Part shown: one piece after another, positions 27,435 through 43,820 of the stretch
How positions within the stretch are numbered: position 1 is the stretch's first letter
Layout: each line of letters begins with the position of its first letter
Assembly (NCBI RefSeq): GCF_009914755.1
Contig: NC_060928.1
Direction: 5' to 3' (one strand)
DNA: 64,000 nucleotides
Source of the DNA: the human T2T-CHM13v2.0 reference genome, Homo sapiens
The notes under the pieces: model-generated
The model's database searches: none
What the model saw: the letters and a program-made list of their open reading frames with translations, nothing else
What the model was told of the DNA's origin: nothing
Program-made: the position numbers and the translations under genes

Positions 27435-27635
27435 AGCATTGCTTTCCTTCTGAGTATGATGTGCCAGGCTCTAGTTTTCTAATATCTTTTGATTTATTTA
27501 ATCCTCACAACAACCCTATGATACAGACATTATTTTGCAGTGGGAAAAACAAGGCACTGTATAAAGAAACTAGGTGATTCTCCTTAAATAATAGCTAACA
27601 AGTGATAGAAGCAGGTTCTGAATTCAGGAATTTGA
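27435..27635 (-). mobile_element. MIR SINE
   Basis: tgtgccaggc..atttaatcctcacaacaaccctatga..ttttgcag..gaaaaacaaggc..agctaacaagtgatagaagcagg. Confidence 0.8.
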
Positions 27636-27989
27636 TGACAATGGCAAAAAGAAGGAGGAGGAGAAGGGAGAGAAAGAGGAGAAAACTTCATTCCGTCTTA
27701 ACTAGAGCTGACCAATATTTATTTAAAACTCACATCTTATATCAAGATTCAAAACCTTTTTCTACTGCCCTATATAATTGTATAGATTAACTGATAACCT
27801 TAAATACTATCACAAAACCCTACAGAGACCAGTTTTGTGAATGAGTCTCAGAACTAAAGACCCTCAGAAACATATGAAACCATGGTATTTCCCCTCCATA
27901 CGATCACTGTTGCATTGATGTTTTACTTATTATTTCTCAACTTTCGCATGTTCCTTTGACATACATCCTTCAACTTTCCTTATCAGCAC

Positions 27990-28370
27990 GTACTGTGTAT
28001 CTACCCTAACGTTTGTGTCCTCAGCTAGGCTGCAAGCTCCTTAAGATTGGGGCAATATCTCCTTATTTCTAGATCTTTCATGTGTAGGGCTACAATATCA
28101 CACACAGTGAGTACTCTTAAATATATGTTTCATCTACTCGAATTATTTTAATATTTAAATTTCGCTGTCAAAAACACCCTAAAGAAAAAATACTAAAATG
28201 AAATTTATAATTATCTTTTACTGGCAAAATATCCACCAATTATTTATTGATTAGTTCATTTGGCATACATACATTTGTTCAGAATGTGTTATGGGTCAGA
28301 CACTGCTTTTGGTTTCAGGGACACATTGCTAAACAAGATAAGCACAGTTTATGGCCTTAGTAGTTAATTG
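27990..28370. mobile_element. Two L2 3'-end fragments, tail to tail (+ at ~27990-28135, - at ~28245-28370)
   Basis: ctaggctgcaagctccttaaga..gtgagtactcttaaatat; ttcattt..acatttgttcagaatg..tatgggtcagacactg. Confidence 0.55.
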
Positions 28371-29229
28371 CTTGTTAGAAAAAGCATACAAGAAGTTAAA
28401 TGACATAGTTCATGTCCTCAAAGTGTGATGTTTATAATGGTACAGAAAATATATATGGAGCTATAGAAAAGTAACTAGAATGTTGAATGTTATACATGCA
28501 TGGTGTTGCGGCATCTGTCTGAGGATGATGCCTCCTACTGAGCCTGCACACATCTATTATTTATTTTTTAAGACAATCCTCCAATTATGGGGGAATTGCA
28601 TTAGAAACAGTTGTTTTCATAGAATATAATCCAACTTGCAGCCACAGCAGATGCCATCAGAGACAGAAACTCCATCCAAACCAAGACATCCACAATGTTT
28701 CCCTAAATATTGAAATTAGAAGAAATAATGACTCTATAAATAATGTTTCTGGAATAAGTTTGGCCATACTAGGCACTCAATGAATTAAGATAAAATAAAA
28801 CTAAATATATTGCTAGGCATGTCACCAACACTCAAGAATAAATAGATTTCAAATACTTTTACAGGAATTATACCTAGAATCACATGGCTAGAGATTCTGA
28901 CAAAGATAACTTCTCAACAGAAATTGGAATTGTAAATGACTTAGAACTTAGTTGACACAATTTTTTAAAATATAAATGATAAGAAAGGATAGATATTTGA
29001 AGATTTTGAGTTGAAATATCTATACACTACTCAAATCTAATGCTGGCTAACTCAGTGCTTTAAAGATGATAAGACATATCATCTGTACTTGATAGCTATT
29101 GAATTGAATCCAATGATAAATAGCTCCACTATCTCTGACAAATTGTTGACGTTTACTTAATTGAAAAATATGTATAAGGTGCAAAGTTAAATAATTTATT
29201 TACATGGACAAAATTAGGTGTCTGGATTC

Positions 29230-29680
29230 TTATATAATTAATGTCATTAAGAATTTAGAAGACACTTCTTCAAAATACTAAAAAGAAAAGAATTGATTAT
29301 GTTAGTGATGGTGTAAGTTAGTACAATTACGGATATTTGTCAAAAACCTTAGAATTTTATAACATTCACACCAGAAATTTTATTTCTAAGTATTTATTTT
29401 ACAGAAATAATTGTGGATACATTTAAGATACAGCTATAATAATGCTTACTGCAATGCAGTTTGCAAGGGAAACAATTTCTAAGCAATCTAATTGTCTAAG
29501 AGTATGAAATCGATTGAATAAATTTTGATAGACCATAGCATATAATACTATTCAGTCATTAAACATTATGTTGTAGAATAATATTTAATGGCTTGGAAAA
29601 TGATCATGAGGCAATGTTAACCTACGAAGCAGGTTACAAAATAGTGTGTAAAGACTAATGGCATTTAATTCATATGTATC
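29230..29680 (+). mobile_element. Ancient L1ME 3' fragment
   Basis: cagaaattttatttctaagtatttattttacagaaata..atgcttactgcaa..gaataaattttgatagacc..tactattcagtcattaaa. Confidence 0.65.
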
Positions 29681-29764
29681 ATGCTTTGCAATAATTTTTT
29701 CTTTTCTTAATCTCGTTTACTTATTCTAAATTTTTTCCTTCAGTGTCTGCGCTTTACTTCCTAT

Positions 29765-30160
29765 GATTGGCCCAGTTATAATGTTATAACAGGCAGTCTC
29801 CAAATTTCAATGAGTTAACACAATAAAGATTTATTTTTCATGTATTCAAAGTGCATTGAGTCCCAGCAAATCTCCTCAGTGATATTCCTCCAGAGATACA
29901 GGATGCTTTGCTTTCATGGCTTCAAAGTTTCAGCACAGGTTCTTCTCTATGACCACAGTGGCCAGGAAAGAGAACCTACAACATTGCACACGGCCTTTTC
30001 ACTGTCTTTCCTAATGAGACACACATCACCTCTATGCATGGTCCACAAACTAAAATTAGTCACATGGCCCCACCAACTGCAAGGGGTTTGATAAATACTG
30101 TCACTTGTTGACCCTGAAGTGGAGGAGTAGACCTTGGTAAACTCAAATAATTGAGAGTAA
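29765..30160 (-). mobile_element. MLT1J/K-like MaLR LTR
   Basis: ccaaatttcaatgagttaacacaataaagatttattt..agacacacatcacctct..ttagtcacatggcccccaccaactgcaagggg. Confidence 0.75.
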
Positions 30161-30501
30161 CTAGTCATCAATTATTGTACATATATTTTAAAAATTAGAT
30201 GCTATAATTAGAGGTTGAGAAATAGAAAAGTATTATTTTAGTCAAAAAATATGATAAAGATGATTCCTGAAAAATATAATAAATGCTGTATGATAATTCT
30301 GGCCATAATCTGAAAATATTAGTTTTTGAAAACTTACAAAACAAACACAATTGTAAGTAGTAATGTTATTTAGTATTGAATATTAAAAGTAAAATGGGTA
30401 TTTCCTGTATTAATTTCTGCTCAGATCCACCTCTTTTACAACTATGTCTTTCTAAAAGTAATAACACTATTGATAAACCTGTAACGCATTAATGGTAAGC
30501 T

Positions 30502-31075
30502 TGTAAGGGAGGCACTAACCATAGCTTCTATGCCTCTTAGATCTTCAATGGGCTCTTCGACTGGATCTGGGAATGAAATTGACAAAAACAAGTTAACATG
30601 AGGAAAGCATAGAAGTTTTATTAATTTAACATGTACATGGAAGCCCTCACAAGAGAGTGAAGTCTGAAAAAATGGCCAAAGCAAGACGCTTTAATACTTT
30701 TTAGACAAATAACAATAAATTTGAGAAGAAATAACTAGACTGGGAAGTCTGACTGGGGCAGTGCATTGCAGACGAGTCACTAGTAGATATATTGGGGTAT
30801 AAAGCTAGTGGAAGACAAGGGTTACTTTAGAAAATTTATTTATCATTCAGGTCCATCACATCCCCAATTCCCAATCTGGTGATAAAGGTTACCTTCTTGC
30901 CCTGGTACAGGGAAGGCAACCCTCTCAAAAGAATCCTAATGGACTGCTACATGTAGGAAAGAAAGACAGGTCAGATAGCTCTTTCTGTAACTACAGTTTC
31001 TCCAATGTTTTTAGCTAGAGATAATCAATATACCAAGTTGGCATATTTTGGATTGGCACTTCCCTAACTCCCTCA
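30502..31075 (-). mobile_element. Solo ERV1 LTR, MER67-like
   Basis: TG...CA termini; reverse complement begins tgagggagttagggaagtgccaatccaaaatatgccaacttggtatattgattat, like MER67; contains aataaa on the - strand. Confidence 0.75.
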
Positions 31076-31191
31076 AACTAATAAATTAATACTGTCTTGC
31101 ATATATGATGTAAACTGAGTATATGAATGAATATTTTGAAATTGATAGTATTAAATATTTTCTTCTTAGTTATTGTTACAAATCTGTTTGA

Positions 31192-31414
31192 AGTCAGGTG
31201 TGGTGGCTCACACCTATAATTCCAGCACTTTGGGAGACTAAGGCCAGCAAATCACTGGAGCCCAGGAGTTTGAGAGCAACCCGGGCAATGTGGTGAAACC
31301 CTGTCTCTAAGAAAGAAAAAAGAAAAAGAATGGAGACAGCGCCACTGCACTCCAGCCTGTGCAACAGAGTGAGACTCTGTAAAAAAAAAAAAAAAAGAAA
31401 AGAAAGAAAAGAAA
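31192..31414 (+). mobile_element. AluJ missing most of its right arm
   Basis: Left arm and A-linker, then gccactgcactccagcctg..tail; TSD aaatct(g/a)tttga at 31180-31191 and 31415-31426. Confidence 0.88.
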
Positions 31415-31631
31415 AAATCTATTTGAGCTAGTTTTCTTCAAAATACATGTAATTATTGAAATGGGTTTAAACACAAATACTAATTATATTAATGTATCTT
31501 CTGAATTTTTGCTTCTCTCCATTTCTGAAAGTTGGACAAATATAAAGAAAAAAAATCTTAGTTGATAATGCTTACGGTGACAAAATCTTAAGAAAAAAGG
31601 GCCTCTACAAAAAATTTAAGAAAAAAAAATA

Positions 31632-31763
31632 GTGTGGCAGCGTGCACCTGTAGTTCTAACTACTCAGGAGGTTGAGGCAGGAGGATTGCTTGATCCCAGG
31701 AGTTTAAGACCAGCCTGGACAACATAGTGAGACTATGTCTCTACAAAAAACAAACAAACAAAT
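31632..31763 (+). mobile_element. FLAM-like Alu monomer
   Basis: cacctgtagttctaactactcaggagg..ggattgcttgatcccaggagtttaagaccagcctgg..gtctctacaaaaaa; flanking repeat aatagtgt. Confidence 0.8.
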
Positions 31764-32911
31764 AATAGTGTTGCTGTTTATCATCATTAATAATAATAAC
31801 AAATTAATAATAATTAATAATAATAAATAAATAACAATATTAAAACCTGCTCTGGAAATAGATCAGTGTGCATAAAAATAACTTAAACTTTTAAATATTA
31901 TGCAAATTTACATCAATATAGCAGTTGTGACTATTAAAAAATGTGTTCTCTTTGTATGTGTATGAGTGTGTGTGTGTGAGAAGATGAGTGTGTTCTAAAG
32001 AATGACAATTTATCCATATCAATGATAACCATTGTGAAGGAAAAGCCTCACCCTTAATTCTAATAATAAAAGAGAAATCCTTCTAAAACATAAGCTAGAT
32101 AACATAAACTCTTTGATCAAAATTCTCTCCTGGTTCCCCATATCATTTGGAGAAAGTATATGGTCTTATGTTAGTAAAATTATTTATTTGACCTCATCTG
32201 TAATTAATCTCTCAACTGCTTACTCTGTTCCAGCCATATTCCTTCATGAACTCTCCTTAAGGACTTTACAATGGCTAAGCCCCTATGTCCAGAATGTTCT
32301 ACCCTAAGATATCTATCTACATGGCTCTCTTCCTGAATTGTTTACAACTTTTATATTAAAAACACAAACAAAACACCACCATGTCAGTGTTCGTTTTGGT
32401 GATATTTCCGTAGTGATTGACTCCCACAGTTTGTATTTTTATCCAAATGCATCCTAATTTTGCTTTCACTTTTCAATATTGTTTTCTCTAGATATAAAAT
32501 TATAGTTTGGTAGATATTTCCTTTGCATATCTAAAGAATAGCATGCTTTAAACATGGGGAGGAAATAGCTGTCAAGCTATAATTTTTTCTCACCTTCATC
32601 ATTTCTGTTGAGAAGTCTGCTGTTAATTTGATTGATTTCCTTAAAACTTGTATGCCTTTTAAGATTTTCCCTCTGTTCTGGCTTTTTAAAATAATGATAT
32701 GATTTGGTGAATTTGCTTTACGTGTTGTTCATAATGCTTCTTGAACTTAAAGCTTGACTTGTTTCATCAGTTGTGGGCAAGACTCCAGAGAAGAGTGAGA
32801 CTGTGATCAGTTAAGAGCTGGGAGGTGAGTGCAATGGCTTGATAACATGAGTTTGGATGGGGCACCACCCAAATTGTGTTTACTCCATGCATGCTACATT
32901 ATGGTTTGAAG

Positions 32912-33169
32912 CAGGAGCCATAAACTGTGGCACATGGGTCTAATCTGGTTGACAGGTTTCTTTGTAAATAACATTTTATTGGGTCACAGTCACACTCATT
33001 GGTTTAGGTATTATCTAGGGACAATTTCCCACTTATCTCTTTAGAAAAAATCTGGAACTATTATCTTTCCCAAATGACAAACTTGAGTAGTGCCACAAAG
33101 GCTATGCAATTCACAAAGCCTAAAACGTTTAATAGCTAGTCCTTTACAGAAAAAGTTACTGACGTGTGG
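32912..33169 (+). mobile_element. MER58A hAT-Charlie element
   Basis: tttgtaaataacattttattgg..cacagtcacactcatt..caaagcctaaaacgtttaa..cctttacagaaaaagtt. Confidence 0.85.
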
Positions 33170-34480
33170 TTTATAAAAATAGTATGGTTTTTATAGTCCG
33201 ACAGTATTGGTAAAACAAAACAAAACAAAACAGACAAAGCTGATCCTAACAAATACTAATGCTTTCTTTTACATTTCATTTAACTTTACTGAACCTTGCT
33301 TGGTTTTTGTATACACTAGTAATCATATTTACCTAACAGAATTGTAATGTACTTCCGAAGTAAATGTGAAAATCTAACATCACAGTCTGGCACATAATAG
33401 GCACACAGAAAATGTTCTTTAATCAACTTAATTTTTTCCTTTGTATGTGTGTTCATAGCAGCCAAGTTCAGGGCACAAACACCCCAAATCTGAGATATTG
33501 ACAGTCTGTTATTTCCATTCTCTTTTCTCTTCAATCTATCCTTTATGCAACTGTATTTAATAACAGTGTGTTTTTCTTCATGTTGCAGCATAATTTGAAT
33601 AGTCATTCTCTTTTGATAATAATCTTTATTTTTTTGCTTCATTCAGAATAGTGATTCTGCCCATATTATCATGAAAATAACATTTTTGAGGACAGAATTA
33701 GGACATGCTAAACAGTCAAATGTGTTATATGAAGACTGAATACTTTGAATAATGCAAGAAAAGGAAATGCATTTGGTGGTAGTGGTGATAGTGGTGGTGT
33801 TATTGCTGTAATGACATAGGACGTTTAAATGTCTTGATTTCAATGGAACATTAAAGTTATTATTGACTGACCATAAAGGGCTTTTGTGAAAAATGTAAGT
33901 GATGAAAGTCATACACATTCAGGGGATAATGAACAAAGGAATGAAGTGCCCAACCATTAGGAGGTCTGAGCCTGGGATGTCATCCATTTAAGTTGGCAAG
34001 AAGAGTAACCACTGTCTGAACCTTGCTGGCTCACGGTACACTCCAGCTGACCACCTTGTCCTCATGTGCATGGAATATTAACCTTGCCTGGCTCCTGAAT
34101 GTGTGGCAGCTAAATACCTATTCTTCTCATGAGTGGAAAATTCATCCTCTCTGTCAGTGTAATCTTGCCAGCCATCTGCTCAGTGGAAGTGATGCCCATC
34201 CTTTGCCGTGAATCTTTACAACGTTACCTTTGAGGTACCTCATGAAGAATCCTCTGTCAGCTCGTCTTTGCAGGGAAATTCTTAGGAACGCCTGGGTACT
34301 GGGAAGGAGCCCCTTGATTTAAATATCACAAAGTGCCATAAGCTAGGATATTATAGAAGGACACTACAGTTGCCTTTGAAAATGAGAGGTTGCAAGCTAG
34401 TCAATGTGATGTTGCATGTTTTGCATAAAGCTTTGTTACAATATTTTGGGGACTAATGTGTCCCAAATATTACACAACAC

Positions 34481-34659
34481 CATGAGTCTCAACTTCAGGG
34501 TGTACCAGAATCACCTAGAGAACATATAAAACCCCAGATTACTGGGTCCTGGCTACAGAGTTTTTGATTCAGTAAGACTGGTGGGTGTTCTGAGAATGTG
34601 CATGTGTTACAATTTCCCAGGTGATGCTGATGCTAAGTGATACAATTAGAGAAGCACTG
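34481..34659. mobile_element. MER5A hAT-Charlie element
   Basis: cagaatcacctagaga..cagattactgggtcc..cagagtttttgattcagtaag..ctgagaatgtgcat..ttcccaggtgatgctgatgct..gagaagcactg. Confidence 0.88.
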
Positions 34660-35359
34660 CTATAATATATAAAACATAGGAAAGATTAACTTTTGCTACG
34701 GCAATATTCAGTCGAGTAATAAATGGTTTAGTTTTCCATTCTGGGTACCACAATTTTTGCTACTGTTGCCTCAACTAGTTTACTCAGTTCAAATATCCGT
34801 TTAGTGATTTTTGCAGCCATTTTTAAAGTGTAAAATTCATCAAATATTATTAGTTTTTCACCGTCAAAGAAAATGATACAATTTACAACATTTTTGACTT
34901 CAGGATTTATATATGTGTGTGTGTATATAATATTGTGCGTGTTTATCCAAAATATCAAATCTACAGCTAACACACTTCATTTCAGTTGCACACTTCAGTT
35001 GTATGTGACTTGAGGTTGTACCTCTAAACTGGTTGGTCTTCTTCATTTTCTCATTTTAGCTCTGGATAATTTGTTGACTCCATGCTTTTTCCTGAGCCAC
35101 ATGATTTAATACAGAAAAGCTACTTCAAAAAAACATACAAACTCTTTTTTCTTCCACCTACCTCATTTCCTTTTTATTTTGATAAAATATCTATTTAGGA
35201 AAAATAATTGCAGAGAAGTATCCCCTTTCATCATTCAAATGTGAGTTTTATTTTGATAGTTCTAATTATCACTCCTTTTTGCTAAGTTATTGACCATGCT
35301 AAAATTTTCAGTTTCTCCTCTTCAAAATGCCACTTGCAAAGTACTATTGTAGTTATTTA

Positions 35360-35586
35360 CAGCCCTCTCTGGGTATACATGGGGACTTAGTTCTAGGATC
35401 GCCATATGGATAAAATTTTTCACATCCTCAAGTGCTGCAGACACTCACTTATATGCAAAGTCAGCCCTCCATATAGGCAGTGTTTCAATCTGGAAATACT
35501 GTATTTTTTATTCTGATTTGTTTGAAAAACCTTCGTGTATAGGTGGATCAGCACAGTTCAAATCCATGTTGTTCATGGCTCAACTG
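35360..35586 (+). mobile_element. MER8-like TcMar-Tigger element
   Basis: TA-cag...caactg-TA termini; gtcagccctccatata..aatactgtatttt..cagttcaaatccatgttgttcatggctcaactg. Confidence 0.8.
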
Positions 35587-35974
35587 TATTTTTCTTTTTC
35601 TGGTCTCAATTAAAATATAAAAATGTTGATCTTTGTAGCGCTGAACCAATGGAACCAGTTTATATTTCCTGAATTTTTGTTGAAAAGAGAATCCTTCCAG
35701 ATTTAACAACAGCTGAAAAAGTCTTTCCTTATTAATCACAAATAATTTAATCTGATAACATTTTATTCCAAGATTAGCAAGCATCCTCCATGCTATAATT
35801 CCGTGTGATTAATTGCAATTTAAGTAGCACAATACATGGTATATATTAGACACTAATCTCATTTGTTAACTAATTCTTCACATCATAATTTGAATTATGT
35901 CACTAGTTTCATCAAGAGTTTTATAGTTACAAAAAGAATATGGCTAACGTAAACCAAATAAAAAAATTAGTTTA

Positions 35975-36361
<387 letters not shown>

Positions 36362-37354
36362 AAACACATTGCATTTTTAACAGTTTTGTTCAAAATTATT
36401 GCTTTTTGATAAATATCATACATGAAACAAGCAGTTAATTTGCTCCTTCATATACTGCTCTGTGATATTAAAATCACTATAAATATTTTATGTTATTTCA
36501 TGGACAAATAAGCATTGCACCTTCCTTTTAAAAGAAGAATGTTCATTTGACTAATTAATATCTGAAGCCAGTAATAGCTTCAATCTCTGTTGGGTTAGAT
36601 TGGTTGTGTTTATTAACAAAACAAAACAAAAAACAAACAAAAACAAACAACAAAAAAAACCTCTAAAATGTTCTATTAAAGAAAGGGCAGCATCTAAAAA
36701 AAATTTAATAAAAGAAAGAATTAAAAATAATAGCAAGCTACGTATGTCCACAGACATGCAATCTCTGGACACACATTTTCTTAATGATTGAAATTTCGAA
36801 TGTCCAGAATTGTAATTATAAACAAACTCTACCTCATGGTTTCCATGTCATATGAATAATTATTGTTTAACCACTGCCCTCTTCATAATGCAGAAAATAA
36901 ATGGCTTCAAGCAAAACTCATTATTCAATTTGTGGTTAATTGACATAATTAGAGTATATTTTGTCATTTTCTCTTTCCAAACTGATGATAACGTGAAAAA
37001 AATCTGTTGGCTACTTTGCATTCTCTTCCTTGAAATATTTGTCAGGCTAGTTTATAGACGAGAAAACATTGTCCCTGTTTTTCAAAGTTTATTGACAAAT
37101 TTTTTGTTGTTTTAGTGTTTTGTATATGCTAGAAAAAAGTTTTATAAGTGTTTTGATTTTGTAATTGCAATGTTCTTCAGAGATTCATGATAAATTTAGA
37201 TCTGTGAAATATCTGACTCAATGGATAATGTTTTTCAGAGATCTGTACCTCATGCCTGTTTTCTGGAAACACATATTAATTTCTTAATTTTATTATTATT
37301 CTATATTCACTTTATGGCTCAATGTTTGAGGTTAATTTTAAAAATGAATTTAAA

Positions 37355-37892
<538 letters not shown>

Positions 37893-38936
37893 AGCCTATA
37901 ATCATAACAAAATTTCAAATCATATTTGAAACTATTGTGTGTGTACTGTCTTGCGTTAGCATCAATTTGAGGTAACCTGGTCAGTGATTCCTGTTTACTA
38001 TGTCCTCTATTTATTTTCCTGACAATTATGATATACGTAATACTCCTGAGTCATAGCCATGAAGAAATTTAAATGAAAATTAGACCTCCCCTTTTGGCAA
38101 TGGGTGTTTACTTTTTATAGATAGATAATGCCTAATTGTGCTGTCCACTACCATTAATTTTATTATTGATTTGGTTTCTTTTTCTGTGTGATTATATTGT
38201 ATATAAGTAACATTTTTAAATTTAATGGAATTTTAATGTGGCTTATTCAAATGACAAGAAAGGTGAAGTTGATGTTCATCTCTTTTTTTAAAATTCAATT
38301 TACAAATGAATACTTACTTGGAAAAAGAATCAGGGTTACTCATAATTCATATGCAAAACTGTGATTCATTTCCCTTCTATAATTTGTTTAAATAAGCTGG
38401 AAAAAAAAGAATGAAGTTGAGTAGAAAATTCAAAATAACAACTCCCAGTATGGAATTATTATGGGTAAAATATGCCCTATTTTCATAGAGAGAGAAAGAG
38501 CAGCTCATCATTTTATTATGAGATAAATGTTGATGACAAAGGCACATTCATAATCTGAAATCAGGGCTTAGGGCTTGGCCAGATGAATATTAAAATATAT
38601 AGCAACATTGAACTAAAAAGAAAAATGGAGCCTGGTGTCACTGGGACAAAAATGGTACTATGTTCTTATATTATTCTGAATTTCCTCTTTACCTATGTTC
38701 ATCATTAAATTTAAATGCATATAACTATTATCCTTCTCCTATGAAATGAACAGAGTTTGGCTAGAAAGGAAGTGAAGATTTTGAAGGACAGAATCTTCGT
38801 AACTAATTTTTCAATCCTTATAACACAAATGAAAAATAATATATATTTTTGAATACTTCATGTGTGTCTCGCCCACTTAAATAACACAAACATTCTAAGC
38901 AAGAGGTCCCTGAGGCTTTTAAACAAAGACTAAACT

Positions 38937-38939
<3 letters not shown>

Positions 38940-38971
<32 letters not shown>

Positions 38972-39430
38972 AAAAGTGTGTATTATATATATATAAACAC
39001 TTTATAAATATATACCCATCCCCATCATTAAAAGCAAGTGTGTATATATGCATGTGTATATATATATATATACACACACACATACATACATAACTACATA
39101 CATATATATTTATATACATATTCTATATACACACACCCACACTTGCTTTTAATGATGGGGATGAATGTGCAAGCATAAAGGAGAAGCTTAGTAAATGTGT
39201 GTGTGTGTGTGTGTGTGTGAATTCACTTTAATAATGTGATAATATAATTATATAATTAGAATATATGGTATTATAATATATATATAATAAAATGGAGTCT
39301 TATAAAATATAATTATATATAATAAAATTATATATTATATATAATTATATATAATAAAATTATATATTATATATAATTATATATAATAAAATTATATATT
39401 ATATATAATTATATATACAATAAAATGGAG
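38940..39430. repeat. Microsatellite complex: (TA)n, (CA)n, (GT)n and a 32-bp A/T-only minisatellite x3
   Basis: Directly visible; unit aataaaattatatattatatataattatatat at 39321, 39353 and 39385. Confidence 0.95.
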
Positions 39431-39544
39431 GTTTTTCAAAATTAAAATGAAGGAAATTACTCTCAAAAAGAGCAGAATATTTTTTCTTTCCTGACTTTTT
39501 ATTATTTTAATTTAAAAAAAATGTATGTTTTTAAAGACAGGGTG

Positions 39545-42047
<2,503 letters not shown>

Positions 42048-42321
42048 CAGGGTCTCACTCTGTTGCCCAGGCTGGAATACAGTGGCACAATCTCGGCTCA
42101 CCACAGCCTCATCCTCCCTGGCTCATGGGATCCTCCCACTTCAACCTTCCTAGTAGCTGAGACTACAGGAACATGCCACCATACCTGACTAACTTTTGTA
42201 ATTTTGTTGAGATGGGGTTTTGCCACATTGCCCAGGTGGGTCTCAAATTCTGGGTTCATGTGATCCTTTTGCTTCAGCACCCCAAATTGCTGTTTACAAG
42301 TGTGAGCCACAGCACCCAGCC
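42048..42321 (-). mobile_element. AluJ body (its tail lies at ~39501-39542, displaced by nested insertions)
   Basis: cagggtctcactctgttgcccaggctgg..gatcctcccac..gtgtgagccacagcacccagcc; TSD ctgacttttt at 39491-39500 and 42322-42331. Confidence 0.92.
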
Positions 42322-42534
42322 CTGACTTTTTTTTTCACACAGATAATCTCTGATTCAAATAATCATTTAGTAAAAACTGTTTATTATTAAAACACATGCA
42401 CAATTTTAAAGTTCCTTCTGTTTCCTAAAAATATAAAATAGTGCCTTATTTATGTTTCAATTTACATTTGAAACACAAAAATAGTTTTCAAAAAAGGGGT
42501 CAAGATGATGCTGATGTGTTTCTTTCATGTAAGG

Positions 42535-42749
42535 TTTTTTTTGTTTTGTTTTGTTTTGTTTTTTGAGACAAAGTCTCTCTCTGTCACCCAGGCTGGAGTT
42601 CAGTGGCACAGTCTCAGATGACTGCTGCAGCCTCTGCCTCCTGGATTTAAGTGATTCTTCTGCCTCAGCCTCCTGAGTAGCTGGGACTACACGTGCGCAC
42701 TACCACACCTGGCTAATTTTTGTGTTTTTAGTAGAGACGGGGTTTCACC
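42535..42749 (-). mobile_element. 5'-truncated AluS
   Basis: (TTTTG)n tail, right arm and linker, ending at gtttcacc; flanking repeats tcatgta..gtttt at 42525 and 42750. Confidence 0.9.
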
Positions 42750-42824
42750 TCATGTACGTTTTAGAAATGAATAAAATTAATGCTATGTTAACCCAGTAGT
42801 TGAGAGTACAGAAAGATTCAGAAT

Positions 42825-43030
42825 TCAAGCATGCAATAAAATCTTCAATAAATACGCACTGAGTGCCCATTCTAGGAGAGAGCTTTGTTTGAGATGGAGC
42901 AGTTAAGAAAGACAAGAACCTGATATCTCTAAAGTCCACAGACTGTCTACTGGTCAAGAAGTCATCAAAGCAATAGAGATCAGAAATCCGGTGGGAACAC
43001 TGGCTATAAGGAGTCAATAAATCCAATGTG
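42825..43030 (-). mobile_element. L2 3'-end fragment
   Basis: ttcaataaatacgcactgagtgccca..aaagacaaga..tctactgg. Confidence 0.55.
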
Positions 43031-43257
43031 AGGAGGTGATATCCAGATATCAAATTTGGGGCAATCAACCCCCAGATTTATTATGGATGGTGGTGGAAGC
43101 TTTCTTTCAGTCACCGGCTATTCTGAGGCTCACAGATGGGGGTGAGCAGGAATATCTTACTCAAATGATAGGTAGATGCTAAGACTAACTGGCTCTAGTA
43201 AGCACCATAAATCAAGAATACTTAATTTAGGACCTAAGTCTCCTTAATTTTAATTGT

Positions 43258-43707
43258 TATTATGGTTAGTTTAACATAACCACTTGTCTAAGCTATAGTG
43301 CCCTGATGTCTGATCATACACCTTTCTAGATTGTTCTGTCGGTTTTTAGATAGAATTAACATTTAAATCTGTAGACATATAGTAAAGCTCGTTAACCTCC
43401 ATAAGGTGACTGGGACTTATTCAATCAGCCGATAATCTTAAGAAAAAGGCTGAGTTTTCCCAAAGAAGGAATTTTCCTCGAGACTGCGACATAGAGACCT
43501 TGCCTAAATTTCCAGCTTGCTGCTGCCCTGGGGAACTCATATTTAAGACTGCAACATGAGCCGTTAATCTGAATTTGGAGCCTGCCAGCCTGCCTTATAT
43601 ACTACAGACTTGCCAGTCCCCACAGTTGCTCCATTTTGTGTGTGTGTGTATGTACAGTCTTGTTCATATATATGTATATATATATATATGTATGTGTGTA
43701 TATATAT

Positions 43708-43738
<31 letters not shown>

Positions 43739-43820
43739 TATGTGGGGGAAAGAGAGAGAGAGAGAGAGAGAGATTGAGATCTATTGGTTCTGTTTCTCTG
43801 GAGATTCCTGAATGATGCAA
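43258..43820 (+). mobile_element. MLT2D-like ERVL LTR with internal (TA)/(CA)/(GA) microsatellites at ~43637-43772
   Basis: atggttagttt..cttgtctaagctatagtgccc..attaacatttaaatc..cagacttgccagtccccaca..ctattggttctgtttctctggaga. Confidence 0.85.

Noticed and set aside
34100-34330. Possible minus-strand exon (donor-like caaag|gtaacg near 34228) in a non-repeat island
   Set aside because: No convincing matching acceptor or reading frame.
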